Part shown: piece by piece, positions 46,823-55,779 of the stretch
Position numbering within the stretch: position 1 is the stretch's first letter
Layout: every line of letters starts with the position of its first letter
Assembly (NCBI GenBank): GCA_963731735.1
Contig: CAVSWO010000002.1
Coordinates: 192,875 to 256,874, forward strand
Length of the DNA: 64,000 bases
Direction: 5' to 3'
From: Candidatus Kerfeldbacteria bacterium
Lineage (GTDB): Bacteria > Patescibacteriota > Patescibacteriia > SBBC01 > CAIJZX01
The notes under the pieces: generated by a model
The model's database searches: none
What the model was told of the DNA's origin: nothing
Seen by the model: only the letters and a program-made list of their open reading frames with translations
Made by a program: the position numbers and the translations under genes

Positions 46823-46958
46823 AATAGCTTTATAAGTCTTCCAAGCAAGGAAGACAACATTGTCATTGACGTCGAGGAATCGAACGGGCCGAGGACGGCT
46901 GCCGGCGGCAGGCGACCACCGGCCCAGGCCCGAACCGCCGTGGAGTAACGGTGAGCGG

Positions 46959-46980
46959 TCGATTCCCCCTACCCGCTCCA
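46959..46980 (+). repeat. Exact 22-nt direct repeat (tcgattccccctacccgctcca) of the tRNA-Gly(TCC) 3' end (46801-46822), 136 bp downstream
   Basis: Both copies read directly. The intervening sequence is GC-rich with palindromic segments (ctgccggcggcag). Confidence 0.85.
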
Positions 46981-47065
46981 ACCCAAGGTATGCCGGTGTA
47001 GCTGGCTGGTTTTTCGATACCGGAAGCGTTATACTTCTGGTATCATCAAGTAACAGTGCGGCCCC

Positions 47066-47878
47066 ATGCCCGACCATACAAAAAATTCTGACTTGCTTGA
47101 TTTATCAACCAAGGTCGCGATTGTCACCGGTGGCGCGGTTGGCATTGGCCAGGGTATCGCGTCACGGCTGGCCGAGGCCGGCGCCCAGGTGGTGATTGCC
47201 GATCGAGATGGTGAGGCCGCCGAGCAAGCTGCAGCCGAATTAACCGCGCGCGGTTGGCAGGCCAAGGCGATCGTGGCCGATGTGGCCGATGAAGCTTCGG
47301 TCAAGAATCTCGTTGATCAAACGGTGGCTACTTTTGGGGAAGTCGATATTTTGGTGAATAATGCCGGCATCTATCCGAATATCATGGTCATGAACATGAC
47401 TCCGGAGGATTTTGATCGCGTGCTGGACGTGAATCTGCGCAGCGTCTTCCTCTGCACCAAAGCCGTAGCTAGCCGGATGATTGAACGGAAGCGAGGCGGA
47501 CGGATCATCAATATCACGTCCATCGACGCGCTGCACCCGTCATCGGCCGGGCTGGCGCACTACGACGCCTCCAAGCATGGCGTCTTCGGGTTTACAAAAA
47601 ACGTCGCGCTCGAACTTGCCCCGCATAAGATTTGGGTTAACGCGGTCGCCCCCGGCGGCATTGCCACTCCCGGCGCTCAGGCCGCGCAAAAAAATATCCA
47701 GGTGCCGAAAGGCGTGGACATGCAAAAAATGTTGGCGGCGTTCATGGCCCGGATTCCGATGGGTCGGATGGGCGAGCCCGATGATATTGGCAAGGCGGTG
47801 TTATTCCTGGCTTCCGATATGTCCTCCTACATGACTGGCACGCAAATCGTGGTTGACGGCGGTGTCCTGCTAAGTTAA
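47066..47878 (+). CDS. Short-chain dehydrogenase/reductase (FabG-like)
   Basis: TGGAVGIGQGIA cofactor motif, NNAG, catalytic YDASK. Confidence 0.85.
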   Translation: MPDHTKNSDLLDLSTKVAIVTGGAVGIGQGIASRLAEAGAQVVIADRDGEAAEQAAAELTARGWQAKAIVADVADEASVKNLVDQTVATFGEVDILVNNAGIYPNIMVMNMTPEDFDRVLDVNLRSVFLCTKAVASRMIERKRGGRIINITSIDALHPSSAGLAHYDASKHGVFGFTKNVALELAPHKIWVNAVAPGGIATPGAQAAQKNIQVPKGVDMQKMLAAFMARIPMGRMGEPDDIGKAVLFLASDMSSYMTGTQIVVDGGVLLS

Positions 47879-47880
47879 GG

Positions 47881-48606
47881 ATGCCGGAATTTTACTTTCC
47901 CCTCAAAGCCCGTCATCAGGTCTGCGAGGGAACAATGGCTTTTGTGTTTGATACGAACGGCCAAAATTTTTCATTTGAGGCTGGACAAAACATTGATGTC
48001 TTCCTACCCGAGGCGCCCGAATCCGGTGCAACCAGCGCGCAGATGCATACCTTCTCGTTCGCCAGCGCACCGCAACATCAAGATTTCTTCATGATCACGA
48101 CGCGGATGCGTGATTCAAAATATAAAAAGACGCTCAAAACGCTACCGCTCGGCACAAAATTGCGGTGCCTCGGACCGAACGGCAATCTGGTCCTGCATGA
48201 GGACTCGAGTAAACCGGCGGTTTTTTTGTCAGGTGGAATTGGTATTACGCCGTTTCGCAGCTTGATTGAGTCCAGCATCCTCGGCAACCTTCCGCACTCG
48301 ATCCATGTATTTTACTCGAATCGTACCATTGAGGTGGCCGCCTTTCATGATGAGTTCGAGCGCTGGGCAACCCAGCATCCGCAGTTTCATTATCATCCAA
48401 CTCTGACCCAAGCCTTGCCAGCCGATTGGAAATATCGCAGCGGAAAAATTGACGCCACTATGATCAGGCAACAATTTGGTGCGCTGAACGATGCTGTGTT
48501 CTATGTCGCCGGACCGGAGGGCATGGTCTCGGCCATGCGATCCCTCTTGATCGACGCGGGAGTCAGTCGTGATGCGATCCGGTTGGAATCGTTCAGCGGA
48601 TATTAA
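47881..48606 (+). CDS. Ferredoxin-NADP+ reductase-like FAD/NAD(P)-binding oxidoreductase (soluble)
   Basis: FAD motif HTFSFASAP (R/HxxS), NAD-binding GGIGITPF. Confidence 0.7.
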   Translation: MPEFYFPLKARHQVCEGTMAFVFDTNGQNFSFEAGQNIDVFLPEAPESGATSAQMHTFSFASAPQHQDFFMITTRMRDSKYKKTLKTLPLGTKLRCLGPNGNLVLHEDSSKPAVFLSGGIGITPFRSLIESSILGNLPHSIHVFYSNRTIEVAAFHDEFERWATQHPQFHYHPTLTQALPADWKYRSGKIDATMIRQQFGALNDAVFYVAGPEGMVSAMRSLLIDAGVSRDAIRLESFSGY

Positions 48607-48666
48607 TTCGGGTTGACAGGAACCGACAAACGATTACAATCAGAATCGGTTCTTTTGTGATGCATT

Positions 48667-48906
48667 GTGTGCCTGATTCCGCGTTGCGGTCCCCCTCACA
48701 CCGGAGGATGTGTGCCGAAATCTGAACGGATTCGGAAAACTCTGACGCTGGCGTCAACGCTCGTTGTAGTCTTTGGTTTCTTTAGCGTGACTGGTGCGTG
48801 CTGGGTCCGTGATCATTTGCACCTGGCCCACACGGCTACCTGTCTATTTTATGGCGGTTTTGGAGCGATGTTGATCGGCTGCGGAACCTGCATTAAATGC
48901 AATTAG
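48667..48906 (+). CDS. Possible small Cys-rich 2-TM protein (C-terminal CGTCIKCN). Weak.
   Basis: 79-aa track ORF in an otherwise empty 300-bp gap. No RBS seen. Confidence 0.25.
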   Translation: MCLIPRCGPPHTGGCVPKSERIRKTLTLASTLVVVFGFFSVTGACWVRDHLHLAHTATCLFYGGFGAMLIGCGTCIKCN

Positions 48907-48993
48907 CCGACCCTGGTGCCATTCCCCGTCTCTTCGAGACGGGGATTTTCCATGAAACAAAGAGTATCATTTTGGCGTACTATACATATACCT

Positions 48994-49509
48994 ATGAAAA
49001 AGTTTCTACTGGCCGGAACGGTGATTGTAGGGTTCATTGTCTACGCCTTGCGACAACAATCGATTCCTCCCGCCATACCGATCGCCAACACGCAAACCAC
49101 CCAATCAATCGACCAACTCCCATCGGCAACCAGCGCCGGCAGTCCAGCGTCCGACACGCCGCCGTCGAATCCATCCGGTTCCGATAATTCTGGGGGGCAG
49201 ATGATGAATGGTCAGGGGATGATGGGCAAGTACCGCGACGGCACCTATACCGGAAACCCGGCTGATGCTTACTACGGCTATATTCAAGTGCAGGTGGCAG
49301 TACAGAATGGTCAAATATCTGATGTTCAATTCCTACGTTATCCAAATGACCGCTCGACCTCAATCGCCATTAACCGCCAAGCTATGCCTTACCTGCGGAC
49401 CGAAGCAATCCAGGCACAAAGCGCCAATGTGAATATTGTTTCCGGCGCAACTGACAGCAGCTTAGCTTTTCGCCAATCAATGCAATCGGCGCTGTCACAG
49501 GCCCAGTAA
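48994..49509 (+). CDS. Exported FMN-binding domain protein (flavinylation substrate type)
   Basis: N-terminal TM/signal (MKKFLLAGTVIVGFIVYAL), then an FMN_bind-like domain (YRDGTYTGNPADAYYGYIQVQVAVQNGQISDVQF...SGATDSS). Start corrected from track ORF 48916. Confidence 0.65.
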   Translation: MKKFLLAGTVIVGFIVYALRQQSIPPAIPIANTQTTQSIDQLPSATSAGSPASDTPPSNPSGSDNSGGQMMNGQGMMGKYRDGTYTGNPADAYYGYIQVQVAVQNGQISDVQFLRYPNDRSTSIAINRQAMPYLRTEAIQAQSANVNIVSGATDSSLAFRQSMQSALSQAQ

Positions 49510-49518
49510 TGTAAACCA

Positions 49519-50253
49519 ATGCGGATTGAGCGCGAGTTGATGGGGATGCCGATCGTGATCGAGGTGTTGGGTTCAAATCCGGCCGCACATATTGCAGCGG
49601 TCTTTGATTTTCTCACCTACGTCGATCAAACGTTTAGTACCTACAAACCCACCAGCGATATCATGCGGTTGAATCGCGGTGAATTATCGTTCGCTCAGGC
49701 GAATCCGGATGTGCGGGAAATTTTTTCGCTGGCCGATCGGACGAAGCGGGAGACTGACGGCTATTTTGATATCCGTCACCGAGGCCAGTTTGACCCGTCG
49801 GGGGTCGTTAAAGGTTGGGCGATTGAACGGGCCGGGCAGATGCTTCGCGCCGCTGGGTATCAAAATTTCTTTGTCGAGGCCGGCGGCGACATCGTCGCCG
49901 CCGGTCAGAACGCCTTGGGCCAAGCCTGGTCGGTTGGTATCCGCAATCCCTTTCATCCAGGCGAGATTGTCAAAGTCTTGCGAATTTCCGACGGGGCCGT
50001 TGCCACTTCCGGCACGACTGAACGCGGGCAGCACATATACAACCCGCACCAGCCGGGACAGGCCCTGGAAACCATCGTCAGTTTGACCGTGGTTGGTCCG
50101 TCAATCCTGGACGCGGACAGGTTTGCGACCGCGGCTTTCGCCATGGGTTCAAATGGGATACACTTTATTGAGCGGCTGGAAGGCTTTGAGGGATACAGTA
50201 TAGATCGCCACGGCCAAGCTACATTGACGACAAATTTCACTCGATTTCTGTAA
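49519..50253 (+). CDS. apbE: ApbE-family FAD:protein FMN transferase
   Basis: ApbE motifs (DGYFDIRHRGQFDPSGVVKGWAIERA, GDIVAAG, VATSGTTERGQH). Confidence 0.85.
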   Translation: MRIERELMGMPIVIEVLGSNPAAHIAAVFDFLTYVDQTFSTYKPTSDIMRLNRGELSFAQANPDVREIFSLADRTKRETDGYFDIRHRGQFDPSGVVKGWAIERAGQMLRAAGYQNFFVEAGGDIVAAGQNALGQAWSVGIRNPFHPGEIVKVLRISDGAVATSGTTERGQHIYNPHQPGQALETIVSLTVVGPSILDADRFATAAFAMGSNGIHFIERLEGFEGYSIDRHGQATLTTNFTRFL

Positions 50254-50255
50254 TC

Positions 50256-51779
50256 ATGATTTCCGTGCTTGATCGTTTCCTCGACCGAATCACCATGTAC
50301 CGCTTGGTGATCTACGTTTTGTTGGCCTATCTCGGTGCCGCCGCGTCGCTTGGGGTTGTCGGTCAGCTCGCCTTCAGTGGATCGGCCATTATCCTAACCG
50401 CTGGCGCGATTGTTGGATTGGCCTGGATCACGAATCATCTGTTCGCAAAGGTTTATCGGGCGCCGGTCCATAGTGAATCAGCCATCATTACCGGCCTGAT
50501 CTTGGTGCTTATCGTTTCACCCTATCAATCCGGACACGGAATTGGGTTAATCTTTTGGGCGCCGGTTTTGGCCATTGCCGGCAAGTACATCTTGGCCTGG
50601 CATAAACAACATATCTGGAATCCGGCCGCGATCGCGGTTGCGATTACGGCGTTGTTTTTGCAGCAATCTGCCAGTTGGTGGGTCGGAACGAGTACACTGT
50701 TACCGATTGTCGTGATTGGTGGATGGTTGATCGTAAAAAAACAGCGCCGGTGGGAAGTGGTTTGGACCTTCTTTCTGGTGGCCGGGTTGGGGATTGTGGC
50801 GGCCGGCCTAATCCGGCAAACCAGCGTCTGGGAAAGTTTACGGCACCTAGCGCTCAATTCGCCGGCTATCTTTTTTGCCACCATCATGTTGACTGAACCG
50901 CTGACCATGCCTCCCGGCCAACGGCAGCGCATCGCCTATGCCGCAACAATCGGCCTGCTGTTTATTCCGCAACTACATCTTGGCAACACCTATAGTACGC
51001 CCGAATTGGCCCTGGTGCTTGGCAATACGTTGTTTTTCGGACTGGCTGGGCGGGCGCGTTATATCCTGACCCTGACCCAAAAAATTCGGTTAGCCCCGCA
51101 GACGTACGAATTTGTCTTTACTTCGGCTGACCGTCCGGATTGGATCGCCGGACAATATTTTGAATGGACCTTGGGCCATCCGCAATCCGATCAACGCGGA
51201 CAGCGGCGTTATTTTACAGTGGCTTCGTCACCCAGCGAGCCGCACGTTCGTTTAGGGATAAAATTTGCGTCCGAGCGCCTGAGCAGTTTTAAACAATCGA
51301 TGTTAGCGATGCGAGCCGGTGATTCCATCGTTGCCGGTCAACGCGATGGGGATTTTACCTTACCGAAAGATCCAAACCAAAAGCTGGTATTTATTGCCGG
51401 TGGCATCGGCGTTACCCCGTTTCGGAGCATGATTCAGTGGTTGGTTGATCAGCAACAACCTCGCGATATCGCCCTGATCTACGCCGCCAATAGCGTCAAG
51501 GAATTTGTCTATACGAACATCTTTAACCAGGCCGAAACCGCCATTCGGCTCCGAACCTTGTACCTGATCGCGGATCCGAAGCGCGCGCCGGCCAACTGGT
51601 CAGGGTTAACCGGATATTTGACGCCGGAAATTATTCAGCAACAGTTACCGGATTACGCAGAACGCACCTTCTATTTGTCTGGGCCCCAGGCGATGGTCAA
51701 TGCATACGAAGCGGTGTTGAAAAAACTTGATCTGCCACGTCGGCAAATCAAAACTGATTACTTTCCGGGTTTTGCTTAA
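50256..51779 (+). CDS. Membrane-bound oxidoreductase: N-terminal polytopic membrane domain of about 270 aa fused to a C-terminal FNR-like FAD/NAD(P)-binding domain
   Basis: 6-8 TM helices, then RRYFTVASSPSE (RxYS FAD motif) and FIAGGIGVTPFRSM (NAD motif). Confidence 0.75.
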   Translation: MISVLDRFLDRITMYRLVIYVLLAYLGAAASLGVVGQLAFSGSAIILTAGAIVGLAWITNHLFAKVYRAPVHSESAIITGLILVLIVSPYQSGHGIGLIFWAPVLAIAGKYILAWHKQHIWNPAAIAVAITALFLQQSASWWVGTSTLLPIVVIGGWLIVKKQRRWEVVWTFFLVAGLGIVAAGLIRQTSVWESLRHLALNSPAIFFATIMLTEPLTMPPGQRQRIAYAATIGLLFIPQLHLGNTYSTPELALVLGNTLFFGLAGRARYILTLTQKIRLAPQTYEFVFTSADRPDWIAGQYFEWTLGHPQSDQRGQRRYFTVASSPSEPHVRLGIKFASERLSSFKQSMLAMRAGDSIVAGQRDGDFTLPKDPNQKLVFIAGGIGVTPFRSMIQWLVDQQQPRDIALIYAANSVKEFVYTNIFNQAETAIRLRTLYLIADPKRAPANWSGLTGYLTPEIIQQQLPDYAERTFYLSGPQAMVNAYEAVLKKLDLPRRQIKTDYFPGFA

Positions 51780-51804
51780 GCTATCGTCATGATTAACTGA
51801 TGGC

Positions 51805-52143
51805 ATGCACCAAGAGTTGACGAAGCTGAAATGCGTTGCCTGCGCGAATGGGGAACCGCCGTTGAGCGCGGCTGCCATCAAACGTTTTCAACCCCAAGTA
51901 GCTGATTGGAAAGTCCATACGGTTGATGGACACCCGTCGCTTGGAAAAGTATTTCGTTTCAACGATTTTGTCGGCTCGATAGATTTTGTCAACCAGGTCA
52001 AAGATTTGGCCGAAGCCGAAGGGCACCATCCCGATTTGCATATTCATTGGAATACCGTCCGCGTTGAAAATTGGACGCACGCAACCGGTGGCTTGCACCA
52101 AAATGATTTTGTGTTAGCCGCAAAAATCAACCGACTCGTTTAG
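51805..52143 (+). CDS. Pterin-4a-carbinolamine dehydratase (PCD/DCoH)
   Basis: Signature AEAEGHHPDLHIHWNTVRVE. Confidence 0.85.
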   Translation: MHQELTKLKCVACANGEPPLSAAAIKRFQPQVADWKVHTVDGHPSLGKVFRFNDFVGSIDFVNQVKDLAEAEGHHPDLHIHWNTVRVENWTHATGGLHQNDFVLAAKINRLV

Positions 52144-52191
52144 CTGGATTGACAAACTTCTTCGGAAAGCGTACAAAACCGGGTACGCTCA

Positions 52192-52518
52192 TTGCAGATA
52201 TCCGCCCACCGGGAGGTCAGGTTGGAAAAACGTTGGAGAATTCTTCAAGGTCCTAAGGTGGGACCGAATAAACCAGCGGCCATCACCGTCACCGTCTGCA
52301 GCCAAGCCCGCGGCGCCGTTCGGCAGTTTACGATCGAGGTCACCATCTGGCGAACCGCATTAGACCCGAAGGGAAGTTACTACTACACCGGCATCGTACA
52401 GACGAAGCCTCGGACATGGACAACGGTGTATGGTGTTTACGAACAAGGCCGCGGCGCGCTGTATCTTGGAGAAACCCACCGTTCACGCCAGGAGGCAATT
52501 GATGGCGATCGCGCCTGA
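52192..52518 (+). CDS. Hypothetical protein
   Basis: Track ORF. It overlaps the next plus-strand ORF by 17 nt in another frame. No motif. Confidence 0.3.
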   Translation: MQISAHREVRLEKRWRILQGPKVGPNKPAAITVTVCSQARGAVRQFTIEVTIWRTALDPKGSYYYTGIVQTKPRTWTTVYGVYEQGRGALYLGETHRSRQEAIDGDRA

Positions 52519-52780
52519 ACACCTCAAGTTGTCCGTTGAGGATTTTGGCGGGCTGGCTCAGCTGCAAGATCAGATTGATCGGCACCTGTTCCAGTTTAAG
52601 GATATTCGGAAACCGCGTGATCCCTTTACGTGCACCCTGGACCGTTCGTATTCGCCGGCCGTCATCTCGGCCACCCAAGAAATCTACCGTCGCCTGGGCT
52701 GGCAGGTAACCCTCAGTCAATCGCCCCAGTCGGTCCAACTGCTGGTCCGACCCAAGCCGCCGGTGCCTGAAAAAACCTAG
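52502..52780 (+). CDS. Hypothetical protein (start at MAIAPEHL)
   Basis: Track ORF 52430..52780 trimmed. A strong terminator follows it, supporting plus-strand transcription. Confidence 0.4.
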   Translation: MAIAPEHLKLSVEDFGGLAQLQDQIDRHLFQFKDIRKPRDPFTCTLDRSYSPAVISATQEIYRRLGWQVTLSQSPQSVQLLVRPKPPVPEKT

Positions 52781-52793
52781 CTCTGTTTGTACC

Positions 52794-52820
52794 GCCTGTG
52801 CCCCGCACAGGCTTTTTTCT
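52794..52820 (+). terminator. Rho-independent terminator (GCCTGTG-ccccg-CACAGGC followed by TTTTTT)
   Basis: Read directly. Confidence 0.7.
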
Positions 52821-52847
52821 TGCCGATGTTCATGGTATTCTTCATTC

Positions 52848-53384
52848 ATGCCGGATGCAAAAACGTATCGACCAAATTGGGATGACTACTTTATGGCCAT
52901 GGCCCGAGTGGTCGCCACTCGGAGTACCTGTGATCGGCTTGAGGCCGGAGCTGTATTAGTAAAACATAACCGAATTATTTCAACTGGCTACAATGGTTCG
53001 CCGCCCGGATTACCGCATTGTTCGGAGGTCGGTCATTTGATGGAAGAGGGGCACTGTGTTCGAACCATTCACGGCGAGCACAATGCTCTGCTTCAAGCCG
53101 CCACCATTCCGGGCGCCTCGACTGAGGGTTCGACCATGTATACGAAGTATACTTTTTGCATTCACTGTGCTAAGTATATTGTTGCGGCCGGAGTAAAGCG
53201 GGTGGTCTATGGAAAAGTGTATCGCAACAAAAAATCGTTGGACTACTTGCGACAAGCTGGATTAGAAGTCGTTGCATACCAGTCGAACCCGGACTGGAAC
53301 GCCAGGCTCTCAAGCAAATTTTCTGGAGACATTGAAGAGCGGATCGCGCCTGAAGGTAACGTTAAACTTGAAGGTCAGCACTAA
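52848..53384 (+). CDS. dCMP deaminase (ComEB-type cytidine/deoxycytidylate deaminase)
   Basis: Zinc-binding HGEHNALL (HAE) and FCIHCAKYIVAAG (PCxxC-type) motifs. Confidence 0.85.
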   Translation: MPDAKTYRPNWDDYFMAMARVVATRSTCDRLEAGAVLVKHNRIISTGYNGSPPGLPHCSEVGHLMEEGHCVRTIHGEHNALLQAATIPGASTEGSTMYTKYTFCIHCAKYIVAAGVKRVVYGKVYRNKKSLDYLRQAGLEVVAYQSNPDWNARLSSKFSGDIEERIAPEGNVKLEGQH

Positions 53385-53402
53385 TCACTTAGCCATTCCT
53401 GC

Positions 53403-54035
53403 ATGTTCGATTTAGAAACGTTAATCACGACGGTTGGCTTGCTCGGTGTAGCCGGAATTATTTTTGCCGAGACCGGCTTACTGATCGGATTCTTTTTGCC
53501 TGGGGATTCATTACTGTTTACCGCCGGGTTTTTAGCTTCCCAAGGGTTTGCCAGTATTGGTTGGCTGATGATCCTGGCTTTCATTGGGGCGGTGGCCGGA
53601 AATTCCACCGGTTACGCGATCGGTCATCGCTACGGACGAAAACTGTTCCAGCGACCTGACTCGCGCTGGTTCAAGCATGAAAACCTCGAGCAGGCCGAAG
53701 CCTTTTACGCCAAGCACGGCGCCAAAACGATCATCTTGGCCCAGTTCATTCCGATTGTTCGAACCTTTGCGCCGGTCATCGCCGGGATTGGCAGTATGTC
53801 GTACCCGAAATTTATCGCCTACAATATTATTGGCGCGGTTTTTTGGGCTGGTGGCGTGCCGATGCTCGGTTATTGGCTCGGCAGTAAGATTCCGGGGATT
53901 GATCGGTATCTCTTGCCGGTCATCGCCTTGATAATTCTCCTGTCAATCATGCCCGGCATCCTGCATTTTCTCCGCCAACCCACCCAACGACAAAATTTGT
54001 GGCGTTGGCTTCGGTCATTCGGAAAAAAGTCATAA
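53403..54035 (+). CDS. DedA-family membrane protein (second copy in the window)
   Basis: VTT-domain motif LLIGFFLPGDSLLFTAGFL. Confidence 0.8.
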   Translation: MFDLETLITTVGLLGVAGIIFAETGLLIGFFLPGDSLLFTAGFLASQGFASIGWLMILAFIGAVAGNSTGYAIGHRYGRKLFQRPDSRWFKHENLEQAEAFYAKHGAKTIILAQFIPIVRTFAPVIAGIGSMSYPKFIAYNIIGAVFWAGGVPMLGYWLGSKIPGIDRYLLPVIALIILLSIMPGILHFLRQPTQRQNLWRWLRSFGKKS

Positions 54036-54793
54036 TGCGGATTACGTTCCTCGGCCAACCTGACCCGGTTCGCTACGCGGCGGTGGCGGCATTCCAAACC
54101 GGCGCGGTCGTCAATGTCATCACTTGGGCGCCGGCCGCAAATGCCGGGAGCTTAATTGCTTTTGCCGAGTTTCCGATTACCCTGCATGTGATTGAACAAA
54201 CCGGTGAGCATTTCCAGCTATCGCGCGCTCAGTTCAATCAGGCTATGCAACACGCCATGAGTGAAAGTGATCTGGTCGTGTTACTGCCTGGGGCTTGGTC
54301 AGCAGTTGAGGCGGCAACCTGGCGCTGGATGCAATCCGAGCTTGGGACTCACCTGGCGGCCGTCGTCTCGTTGGAAACCGTGCAGGCCGGACCCGCGGAT
54401 TGGCCAGAAATGCTGTTTGTGGTCGAAGCGACGAAGCCAGCTGATCCGGATCATTCCAGTTTGGCCATGTCTCGGGCAGCAGCTGAGCGTGGGGCGAATG
54501 AAGTAATATGGCTTGGGCCAACCGGACCAAATTTTGTGTTTGATGCAGATGGGAATGACGGATTTGATATTCCAACCTACCCGCTCAAGGGCCAGGCCGA
54601 CCACGGCAGTCCAGAAACGGGAGTCGGCGCCTACCTAACGGAACGCTTACGAACGGATAATCCGTTTCGGGCCGGCAAGTTCGCGCGCCTGGCGGTAGCA
54701 CTCAAATATCGGGCCGAAGGTCCATTGCAGGAGACGGCCGAACGGATTGGCCAACTCTTGGACGAAATCGAAAATCCAGGCGTCTCCGGATAG
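54035..54793 (+). CDS. Hypothetical protein (start MRITFLGQ overlaps the DedA stop: TAATG)
   Basis: Track ORF 53999..54793 trimmed. Alpha/beta-like composition, no recognised motif. Confidence 0.45.
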   Translation: MRITFLGQPDPVRYAAVAAFQTGAVVNVITWAPAANAGSLIAFAEFPITLHVIEQTGEHFQLSRAQFNQAMQHAMSESDLVVLLPGAWSAVEAATWRWMQSELGTHLAAVVSLETVQAGPADWPEMLFVVEATKPADPDHSSLAMSRAAAERGANEVIWLGPTGPNFVFDADGNDGFDIPTYPLKGQADHGSPETGVGAYLTERLRTDNPFRAGKFARLAVALKYRAEGPLQETAERIGQLLDEIENPGVSG

Positions 54794-54799
54794 CCCCGA

Positions 54800-54828
54800 T
54801 TGACAAAAAAGAGGCCCTATGCTAGCAT
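54800..54828 (+). promoter_or_regulatory. Sigma70-like promoter TTGACA-17 bp-TAGCAT, followed by an about 145-nt hairpin-rich leader before the 3D-domain gene
   Basis: Read directly. Leader hairpins CCTTAGT...ACTAAGG and GCAACCC...GGGTTGC. Confidence 0.45.
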
Positions 54829-54972
54829 CTGGCTTCCAGGATCCTTAGTTGTCACTAAGGTGATTTTTGGCTGCAACCCCGACCTGGCGATGGGTTGCCC
54901 CGTTCTCTGACAATCACGGTCGCTTGTCCCGCTGACCATTCTGAAACGGACTTATTCATTGACAGCCGGTGC

Positions 54973-55476
54973 ATGTTTCGACGTCGCACGGTCCGGCGAT
55001 TCAAGCGCTATGTAGCGCTAAGTGTTATCGCCGTGTTCCTGAATCTGACGTTACCAACACCAACACACGCTGCCAACGCAACAGCGCAAAACGAAATACC
55101 TTCCAACTCGATTGTGACGCAAGCCATTGACGCGACGCTGCCGCCCGGTCTCCCGACCGTGCCGGACAAGCCGCGCCCGGTCGCCAAGCGCGTCCTGACC
55201 CTTCGCTCAAGTGCCTACAGTTCCACCGTTGATCAAACTGACGGTGACCCGTTCACGACTGCCTCGGGGACGCAAGTCCATCCTGGCACCGTGGCGACCA
55301 ACTGTCTGCCCTTCGGCACCCAGATCCGAATTCCCGATTATTTCGGTGATCAGATCTTCACGGTCGAGGACCGCATGAGCTCCCGCTGGGGCTGCGGTAA
55401 AATGGATATCTGGATGTCCACCCGAGCCGATGCGCTCAACTGGGGTGTTCGGACCATTACCATCGAAATTATCTAA
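54973..55476 (+). CDS. 3D-domain (MltA-like) cell-wall-binding protein with an N-terminal TM anchor
   Basis: C-terminal 3D domain with the conserved Asp residues (TVDQTDGDPFTTASGT ... TVATNCLPFGT ... GCGKMDIWM). Start corrected from 54895. Confidence 0.7.
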   Translation: MFRRRTVRRFKRYVALSVIAVFLNLTLPTPTHAANATAQNEIPSNSIVTQAIDATLPPGLPTVPDKPRPVAKRVLTLRSSAYSSTVDQTDGDPFTTASGTQVHPGTVATNCLPFGTQIRIPDYFGDQIFTVEDRMSSRWGCGKMDIWMSTRADALNWGVRTITIEII

Positions 55477-55533
55477 CGGACAAATACCCTCGTCATACTG
55501 ACGGGGGTGTTTGCTATAGGCGTCGCTGCTTGG

Positions 55534-55562
55534 TTGAACAAACGCGAAAATCATGGTACAGT
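55534..55562 (+). promoter_or_regulatory. Promoter for tRNA-Cys: TTGAAC-17 bp-TACAGT
   Basis: Read directly, about 15 nt upstream of the tRNA. Confidence 0.4.
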
Positions 55563-55576
55563 CTATTCCGATTTTC

Positions 55577-55651
<75 letters not shown>

Positions 55652-55657
55652 GGTCAA

Positions 55658-55686
55658 TTGACAACTTAAGAAACAACCGTTATAAA
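55658..55686 (+). promoter_or_regulatory. Promoter for tRNA-Gly(GCC): TTGACA-17 bp-TATAAA
   Basis: Read directly between tRNA-Cys and tRNA-Gly. Confidence 0.45.
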
Positions 55687-55698
55687 CTAGTGGTCTCG

Positions 55699-55772
<74 letters not shown>

Positions 55773-55779
55773 GATTGTC

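Noticed and set aside
46823-46958. Possible additional minus-strand tRNA in the spacer (ggaatcgaac T-loop-like motif)
   Set aside because: The flanking sequences do not form a T stem or acceptor stem. It is only a T-loop-like fragment.
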